From the NCBI GenBank assembly GCA_009914755.4, contig CP068257.2:33600001-33664000 (forward strand): a stretch of 64,000 bases of DNA, given 5' to 3'. The notes under the pieces are model-generated. The model did not search any database and was not told the origin of the DNA. It saw nothing but the letters and a program-made list of their open reading frames with translations. How positions within the stretch are numbered: position 1 is the first letter of the stretch; the number at the start of each line of letters is the position of its first letter. The DNA is from the human T2T-CHM13v2.0 reference genome, Homo sapiens. The position numbers and the translations under genes were made by a program. This document shows positions 55,050-64,000 of the stretch, in pieces.

Positions 55050-57199
55050 TTAAAGAGGAAGATTTAGTAATTTGCCCACGATCACATCACAAATACGTGG
55101 CAGAACTGGGTTTGAAAACAGATCCTCTTCCATCTTGAGCAATCTTTGGTCCAGATTTCACAGCAGCCACAAGAGGAGTGGGGTGGGACTGCACCCTCTT
55201 TTCTTATTCACACCTCCTCCTCCATTGAGGCTGCAACATAGTTCATTTTCGCCTGACCACCCCCAGATGCAATGGGTTTGCAGGAAAGAAACACATCATT
55301 CAATCAGCTGCCATTTCTCAAAGCCATCTGGAAAGGCTGTGCTGGATTGCACTGAGGTGAAAAGCAAAGCAGTTCTCTCCGATTCCTTCATCCTGCATGG
55401 GTCCAGGCACTTCTGTGCCTCCTTTCCTTTCACCTAAAATCCTTCCTGGATTCACAAGAAATGTGTAATCCACGATGGTCCCTCGCTTTGTCTCACACAC
55501 TAACATCTACATATTTCTGTGGCATCTCATGTTTATTTAGTCTGATGATAATTTTTCATTCTCTTTTTTCTTTTGCTTGGTTCTGTTTGCCTGATGTTTC
55601 CATGCCTTGCCTATATGACTTATGGTGAAACTCTCCAGACGTAATTATTTGGTGTAAATATAATGGCTGAAAATTAATATTTATAGCATTTAAGGAGTGT
55701 TGTATTTTTGTTGTTAATGATGACGTTGTTTCAAAATTTCAAGACTCTCTTTGGATAATTGATGTATTCATATTTAACATGCAATAATATTGCACAAGTG
55801 TATTGGAAAAAGCAAGTGTTGAAATTGTTGGACCAGCTCTTTTTCATTTGACACCTACTCTTTACCCTATTGAACTTCACCTTCTTTGTCTCTGAGCACT
55901 TCTAAACTGCAGAAGACACTTGCAACTCTAAATTCACGTTGACTGTTCCACTAAAGCAACAGAAGTGATATCAAGTAGATTCATATATTTTAAAGGCCAA
56001 AGAGTATTGGTTCAAAAATTGCTCCTTTTTAAAATATACTCCATATGGCCATGGGTTTCTCAAGTAGACCACAGTTTGATTTAAGAACATTTTTCCCTCT
56101 TGAGAAAAACAAAAAACCACACTAACATATCTAGAACATTTTTCCTGCCCTCTCTTTGCACAATACCCCACCTAGTATTATGAGGGATTGTAGGCCTAAC
56201 TAAATACCCCCAACTTACCTTAAGTACACACCCTCCGAACTCCCCAAACCAGTTAGGCCTTATTGAAAGAGTTTTGCCATTCAAACGCCTTCCCAGTTGT
56301 CCTGTCTTAGCCACACCCACAAAACAAATGCAACTGCTCACTCTAGAGCCAGCCGGTGGGCAAATAGAGCTCAGCTTCCAGCCTCTCCCAGGCCAGGCAT
56401 ACATTTGGCCTGAAGCTGTTTTGCTGTTTTGTACAAATGGAAGCCACTCAACTGCTTTTACACCTTATTTTAATGCCTTATTATTTCAAAGGGATCTCTG
56501 TTCTTATTGACAATAATTACTGTTAACTCCCCCATCAAGTTCAAAGGTTTCTGTGATTATGAAACTTCTTCTAAAGACTAGCCGATTAATCCAACTTGTT
56601 ATTAAATTAGAACTATATTCTTGACCTGTTTTAATGGAGGTTTTATTACTGCTTTCCTAATAAGCTTAACTATCACCTTGAAATCACATCAATATTTCTC
56701 TAATCTTTATTATCTCTATTAGGAGTCCATGGGCTCACTCGCTATTAGATAGGCATTTAATGTCTACTATAATCTGGCCCTAAATTATCAAATTCATTTC
56801 AACTCCCTGATTCCCCCACCTCCGCCCACCTGGTCCCCCCTCCTCCTCAATGCACTTGCATCTTCTTGTCCAACCAAATACAGAGCTTTATACTTTGATG
56901 TCTGAACACACGATATGTACATATATCAGCCTCTTTCCTTTACCCTGCAAGCAATGGCCTCTCCCTTCCTTTCTCTGTCCTCTTCCTACCCAGCTCCTCC
57001 AGCCTGCCTTGTTCACTCTGCTCTTGCTCACTCTGCCAAGGCCATAGGATCTTGAAAACGCCTATAGCCTCTCCCACCCATGTGGCACTAGTACACAGAG
57101 TTTAGCACTAATTTAAGACTTGGTGTTTATCTCTAGCTCCTAAGTTCACAGCTAGAAAACAAACTTCAAGGAAGTGGAGTTTGCTCCTATGTTATTGTG

Positions 57200-57370
57200 G
57201 TTTCAAACTTTGACAAAGGAAAGAATCCCTAGACCTGGAATCTGAAGAGTTGGCAGGCAGTAAATAGTTCTAGCGATTTATCAGCTGTATGGTCCTGCAT
57301 TTGCCACTTACCCTTCTCTTGGCCTCAGTGTCTCATTCATAAATTGGAGAAAATGCCTTTTCCGACTACC
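57200..57370 (+). mobile_element. MIR SINE remnant (tentative)
   Basis: atttatcagctgtatggtcctgcatttgccacttacccttctcttggcctcagtgtctcattcataaattggagaaaatgcc resembles the MIR core (ccacttactagctgtgtgaccttgggcaagt…cctcagtttcctcatctgtaaaatgggg). Confidence 0.4.
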
Positions 57371-58059
57371 TGACTGCATTGCTGCAAGGAGCAGACGTGT
57401 TGCTCAGGCAGAAAACCTTGGAGTTGCTTTGGCTCTCCACTATCTTCTACTCTCAAATCCAAATCATCAGTGAATTCTGCTGGCTCTTCCACCATAGCCT
57501 ATCTTGGCTGAAACCACTTCTCGCCACCTTCAATTTACCCCCTGGCCCTCACCCTATCCCTTCTCAATTGGATTGTTGAAATACCCTCCTAACTCATCTT
57601 CCTGCTTCTACCCTTGAGTGGTGCTCTCTGCAATCTCTTTCATGTGATGTTTCAAAGCCAGTGTCAGAATATCACTGCTCTGCTCAGAACTCTCTAGCAC
57701 CCTATGGTCTAGCTCGGGATAAAGTGCAAAGTCCTGACAGGGTGCCTCTCAGCCCACCTCCTTCTGCTCTCCCTCTCAACCACCACTCTAGCGATTGCCT
57801 CCTCTTGCATCTGGAACATCAGAAGGGCCGAGTTCTGACTTACTTTTGCTTGGCCTGGCATGAACCTCCCCGAGTAGCTGCTCGATTTCCTTTCAGCACC
57901 ACTCTCTGTGTTTTCAGCCCACTTTGACAGGAGACTCTCTGAATGGCCCCTTGAAAAGCACCTTAACCCACCTATCCCCGAACATGCTTTCTTCCTCTTC
58001 AGAGTTCTTATCACCAATGACATAACATGTATTTATGTGCTTATGTCTGTGGTTTCTGT

Positions 58060-58200
58060 CTGTCTCTGCTAGAACGTTAGCCTCATGAGAGCAGATGCCT
58101 TGTTTGGTTTACTGCCATATCCCCAGCATGAGAGTTCCTGGAACATAGTAGGTGCTCAATAAATACCTATAAAATAAATGAACAAGCGAATGAATGAATA
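58060..58200 (+). mobile_element. MIR-type 3' tail remnant (tentative)
   Basis: gttagcctcatgagagcagatgccttgtttggtttactgccatatccccagcatgagagttcctggaacatagtaggtgctcaataaatacctataaaataaatgaacaagcgaatgaatgaat. Confidence 0.4.
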
Positions 58201-60238
58201 TAATGGAGTTTATTTGAAACTCTACAGTTTTAATCCACTGTTCTCTACCTTGGTTGTCCATTAAGATCCACTGAGGAATTTTAAAGAATACTGATGTTCA
58301 GAACACACCCTAAACCATTTAAATCAAAATCTATTGGACTGAAGCCCAGGTGTTGGTACTTTTAAAAAACTCCCTAGATGTTTCCAATGTATAACCAAGG
58401 TTGAGACCTATTGCTCTCGAGCATATAAAACAGTATTTGTTTCTAATTGGATTTGCGTTCCCAGCTAGCACCTTGCTAGCTAAGTGCCTTGTACATTTCA
58501 AATACTTCTTGATTGGTTGTTTTTAAAAATGACCACTTTTAATGCATAGAATAGTTTGTGCACTGGGAAAAAAAACCTCAATACTATTTTACTTGGTTAG
58601 ATTTAGATCGGTATCTTATTTGGGGAATGGAACCACAAGAATTGAGTAGCTATTCTCTGCAAGGTACTCTGCCAGTTACTAAAGATACAAATCCCATTTA
58701 ATACCATGTAATGACGATAATATTTTTCATATGGTAAACCAATGTAGTTTTTTTATTCCTTGCAAATCATTTTGCCCTGTGGCTCCCCACAGATTGAATC
58801 AGAGGCATTTATTGCTTCAGGGGAAGGCAGATACTGCCTAAAACAAAGACAACTTTGTTCAGCTTTGAGGAGCAGACTAGATTTGTTAAGCTCAGACGAG
58901 ACAACAGTCTTGAAAGCTAAGCTTGTGGAGAGAGAAAAGAATTTGATAAATACTCAAAGCTTCCCTTTAATCATAAATGAGAAAACTTGTGGGAGTGACG
59001 AGTAAGTTGTCAAACTTTTTTTTATTTCAGGACACCTTTGCAATATTAAGAATTATTAAGGCCCCAGATAACTTTTGTTGGTTTACAGGGGTTATATATT
59101 TATCAGTAGTTACTATATTTATAAATTAAAATTGAGACATGTAAAAATATTTATTAATTCATTCTTATAAGATCAATGTTAAATCCATTACATGTTAACT
59201 TAAGGGATACATTTCTGGGAAATAATTACATTGTCCAAAACAATATGTAAGGAGTGACTTTTTAAAAAAAATATTTTTTGGAAATCTCTTCAATGTCTAG
59301 TTTGATAGAAAGTTAAATTTTTATATCTGCATCTGCATTCAGTCTGTTTCAATCTGCTGTTTTGGTTGAAGTACATGAAGAAAATCCAGCTTCACACACA
59401 TATTTATTAATAGTTCAAAAATGCAAGGTATATTAATCGCCATTTCAGATTATTGTGGAATTATTCTTTGAAAAAAATCCTACTTCTTAATGTTTAGTTG
59501 CCATATGGAATTTCAAACTATAGCAATGAATTTTCATACTTTGATATATTAAACTTAATTTATCCATCTCATGCTTTGAATAGATCTTTTACTCATGTAT
59601 GTTTTTGTAACATTATGTATTGGCCACTTGGAAACTATCAGTTCACTAAGTTATGTAGATCTTTCAAATGTTGACACATTTCATTACTCAATATTTTAAA
59701 AAATCACATTTGTTAATATCACTATCCATGTCATCAGAAATGTCTGTAAGCACTTGGAAGTAAGTTCACAGGGGTGGAAACAAATTTCTAAAATTCTTAT
59801 TTTTGTTGAAAATTCAAATTTTATCATTAGCAACAAATGTTCTCAGCTGTTTTTCTTGAAGTGACAGGCTTGCTTTAATCATTTTCAAGAAAATATCTCC
59901 ATAACACCTACGTTTGAATAACTATAGTTTGTACGTCAGTTATTTTTCAAATAAGAGTGGTGTTTTATGAAAAAGAGGCTAGTTCAGAATACTCACAACT
60001 TGCTTCTGCTTCTTCAGACAACCACTGTGGTCCAGTATGTAGCAGAGGTGGTTTATGCATACTTCCTGTCTGGTTATATAAAATATTAAAAAGATGTGTA
60101 CTCAAGGGATGAGATTTAATAGCATTAATTTTTTTATTGCTTCATGGAGGACATAATTTAATGAAACTGATTTTTTTTAACTGTACATGGATGGCGGAAA
60201 AAATGCAGTGACTACTAGTTGTGTTTAACAGCACTGTC

Positions 60239-60539
60239 TTTTTTTTTTTTTTTTTTTTGAGACAGAGTCTCCCTCTGTCACCTAGGTTGAAGTGTAGTGG
60301 TGCAACCTCAGCTCACTGCAACATCCGCCTCCCGGATTCAAGTGATTCTCATGCCTCAGACTCCTGAGTAGCTGGGACTACAGACATGCACCATCACGCC
60401 CGGCTAATTTTTGTATTTTTAGTAGAGACGGGGTTTCGCCATGTTGGCCAGGCTGGTCTTGAATTCCTGACCCAAGTGATCTGCCCGCCTCGGCCTCCCA
60501 AAGTACTGGGATTACAGGCGTGAGTCACTGAGCCTGGCC
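60239..60539 (-). mobile_element. Alu, minus strand; probable TSD CACTGTCTT
   Basis: T20 followed by gagacagagtctccctctgtcacctaggttgaagtgtagtggtgcaacctcagctcactgcaacatccgcctcccgg…gggattacaggcgtgagtcactgagcctggcc. cactgtctt occurs at 60232-60240 and 60545-60553. Confidence 0.95.
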
Positions 60540-60921
60540 TCATACCACTGTCTTGATTGTTGCTATGGTGCTCATAATTTTACACACCAATATTTTTACA
60601 ACATCAATGAAGAATGTCGACACATTTTTTAAAAGCAAATAATGTCTTTGTATTTATCAAAATCATTTTGTGCCTCATAGACACCCCTGCTAGGGTCTCG
60701 GGGATGCCCAGCAGTTGACATGTCACACTTTAAAGACTCCTGCACTAGACTAATCATAGAGGATGTGATATAAAGGAAGCCCCATTTCTTAAAGGTTTCA
60801 GGAAGAAGGGAAGCTTCTGGTCCCTTAAGCATGGAATGAAAAGTGGAGAGGATATAACTGGCAGGGTGGAGACATGGGCAGAGGCATGGAGTTTGAAACA
60901 ACCAGAAAGATTTGAGGGCAT

Positions 60922-61213
60922 GGCTGGGTGCAGTGGATCATGCCAGTAATCCCAGCACTTTGGGAGGCTGAAGTGGGAGGATTGCTTGAGCCCAGGAGTT
61001 TGAGATCAGCTGGGTAACATAGTGAGACACCCATTTCTACGACAAATAAAAATAAAAATTAGCATGGTGTCATGGCATACACTTGTAGTTCCAGCTACTT
61101 GGGAGGCTAAGGTGAGACGGTTGCTTGAGCCCAGGAGTTTGAGACTGCTGTGAGCTATTATCATGCCACTGCACTCCAGGCTGGGTTGACTTATCTTTTG
61201 TGTAAAAAAAATA
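60922..61213 (+). mobile_element. Alu (older, AluJ/S-like), plus strand, TSD AGAAAGATTTGAG / AGAAAAGATTTGAG
   Basis: ggctgggtgcagtggatcatgccagtaatcccagcactttgggaggctgaagtgggagg…catgccactgcactccaggctgggttgacttatcttttgtgtaaaaaaaataagaaaag. Flanks read accagaaagatttgagggca and agaaaagatttgagaaaag. Confidence 0.9.
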
Positions 61214-61429
61214 AGAAAAGATTTGAGAAAAGTTCCCCAAGGAAGGTTTGTTTCTCACTTCCCAGGGTATAGCCCAGAGGAACATTCACCTCCTGAGAAT
61301 AGCCTGATATTCAGTATGGCATGGGTCCCACATGGTGCTTCCCAAGATGCAGACTGAAAATGACCGGTACATGACACCATACTTAATAGTGAAAGACTGA
61401 ATTATTTTCTTCTAAGATTGGAAACAAGG

Positions 61430-62300
61430 AAAGGACATCTACTCTCACCACTCTGATTCAACATAATACTAAAAGTTCTAGGCACTGCAATAAGGCAAGG
61501 AAAATTAATAAAATGTATGCAAATTGGAAAGGAAGAAATAAAAACTGTCCCTATTTGCCGATAACATAAATGTCTGAATAGAAAAGCCCAATGAATCTAT
61601 CAAATAACAACAAAAATTTCCTAGAAGTGAATTAAACAAAGTTGCCAGATACCTAATTAATAGACAAAAATCACTTGTATTTATATCTACTAAGAATGGA
61701 CATGTGAAAACTGAACTTAAAAACAGTACTATTTATAATCATGCCAGAGAAATTTAAATATTTTGGTTAAATAAACTTAACAAAACATGTATAAGATCTA
61801 TATGCTAAAAATTACAAGATGCTGATAAAGGAAATCAAACAATGCTTAAATTAATAGAGAGGCATACCATGCTCATGGATTGGAAGAGTCAACATAGTAA
61901 ATACATCAGTTCTTTCCAGCTTGGCCTATAGATTAGATAAAACTTCTATCAAAATCCCAGCAAGATTTCTGTAGGCACAGATAAGCTTATTTCAAACTTT
62001 ATATGGAAAGGCACTAGCCCTAGAATAGCAAAAACAATCTTGACCAAAAAATGAATAAAGTGCAAATAATTAGTACTTGCTATTAATAGTTATTAATTCT
62101 ATATAGCTGTAATATCAAGACAGTGAGGAATAGACAGTGGAACAGAACAGAGAGCCTAGAAATAAACCTACACAAATACGTGCAACTGATTTTTTTTCTC
62201 CTAGAAAGTAAATTCCAGTTGTGATAAAGTATGCACAAAAGAACTAAGAACACAGTGAAATACAATAATTTTAATTCTGACCATGAGTAATTTTTAAAAA
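61430..62300 (+). mobile_element. Old L1 (L1M-type) ORF2-region fragment
   Basis: ctctcaccactctgattcaacataatactaaaagttctaggcactgcaataaggcaaggaaaattaataaa…ggaaaggaagaaataaaaactgtccctatttgccgataacataa… …catgctcatggattggaagagtcaacatagtaaa…tttatatggaaaggcactagccctagaatagcaaaaacaatcttgaccaaaaaatgaataaag…gacagtggaacagaacagagagcctagaaataaacctacacaaatacg… is collinear with L1 ORF2. Confidence 0.7.
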
Positions 62301-62309
62301 TTAAGTACA

Positions 62310-62960
<651 letters not shown>

Positions 62961-63249
62961 CCTACAACTTCCACCTTCAAACCAGGATGATGTATAAATT
63001 CTGTTTATATTTGTTTTGATGCCCCTGGAAAGAAATCCCAAATTGACTTAACTCAAATCCTCAAAAGACTACCCATTTATGCAAAAGTGACTGAGTTAAT
63101 CTGAAAGAGTGTTTTAAACCAGTTAAAACTAAGATACTCATACTGACCAGTTTGACTTTTCTTCCCCTTTTATAGGGGAACACAGAAGCTCCAAAATGAG
63201 ATCAGTTATGGAAAATAAGGAACATTCTAATTTTTTTTTTTTAGGATCT

Positions 63250-63370
63250 GAGTCATAGCATCTAGGTTCCCATCTTCTCAGCTCCTAACAATCCTAGTTT
63301 CAAGATGAGGAAACTGAGGCTCAGAAACATTGAGAGACTGCCCAATGTCACATGTAAATTCAAGTCTGTC
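63250..63370 (-). mobile_element. MIR SINE remnant
   Basis: gtttcaagatgaggaaactgaggctcagaaacattgagagactgcccaatgtcacatg. Confidence 0.45.
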
Positions 63371-63876
63371 TGCTTTCAAATCCATTTTTTAAGCAAAGAC
63401 TGACTTTTGATAATAAGATTAATATCAAAGCTAGATGCTTTTCATAAACTCTTACTAAGAAGGGTCATATACTGTAACATCTCACCCAAATCAAGCTCTA
63501 CAATTTTTGAGAACTTATAAAGCAAAGCAAAACAAAACAGAATTTTCTAATTTTCAGGAACTCCTTTATATAAGCTCCCCAACCTTATTACTATTCAAAA
63601 TTTAAAACATTTTTTTTTTTTAAAAAAGGATAGCAGTAAAAAAATTACAACCAGTAGTCAATTAGTATATTACTTACATGCTGCTTAATACTGGGTGGTA
63701 TTTATTGAACATCGACTCGGCGTCTATCCCTAGGCTAAGCAATTTCCATGCATCATCTCATTCCAGTTTCATGACCAACTTTTGAGGAAGGCTGAGTAGC
63801 AGAACCCAGGACACACCCTGAGTCAGTAACAGAGCCAACTTCAAGCCCCTCTGGTCTCTGGAGCCTACACTCTTTT

Positions 63877-64000
63877 TATTGTTTGTTTGTTTTTTGAGAT
63901 GGAGTCTTGCTCTGTCGCCCAGGCTGGAGTGCAATGGTGCGACCTCGGCTCACTGCAACCTCCGTCCCCCAGGTTCAAGAGATTCTCCTGCCTCAGCCTC
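63877..64000 (-). mobile_element. Alu (minus strand), cut off by the window end
   Basis: tttgtttgttttttgagatggagtcttgctctgtcgcccaggctggagtgcaatggtgcgacctcggctcactgcaacctccgtcccccaggttcaagagattctcctgcctcagcctc. Confidence 0.9.

Overview
This window is primate (almost certainly human) nuclear DNA, not a prokaryotic or phage region, so the six-frame ORF track is mostly noise. It is AT-rich, CpG-depleted and packed with interspersed repeats, read by eye and not confirmed by any search. I can see twelve Alu elements, most with visible A-tails and target-site duplications; Alu and TSD boundaries are good to ±3 bp, and the L1M, MIR and MaLR LTR boundaries are approximate. There is a 5'-truncated L1PA copy at 52586-55049 carrying a decayed ORF2 reverse-transcriptase segment; its uninterrupted 335-aa stretch (FADD motif) is the only long ORF in the window. 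A small L1 3'-end insertion with a 16-bp TSD lies at 2826-3191, along with several older L1M-type fragments in both orientations. A THE1-like MaLR LTR is directly followed by a second MaLR-type LTR. Two non-autonomous hAT MITEs each carry 8-bp TSDs: one MER30-like with CAGTGGTCCCCAACC termini and one MER5-like. Several MIR remnants, microsatellites and two 3-copy minisatellite-like tandem arrays are also present. No protein-coding exon, rRNA, tRNA or CRISPR array can be supported from sequence alone. I do not see a novel biological system. The observations most worth checking are a 245-bp direct repeat pair (~96% identical) flanking ~2.4 kb, a ~120-bp inverted repeat pair with an ~860-bp spacer, two CpG-retaining GC-richer islands free of recognisable repeats, and two closely spaced inverted Alu pairs.
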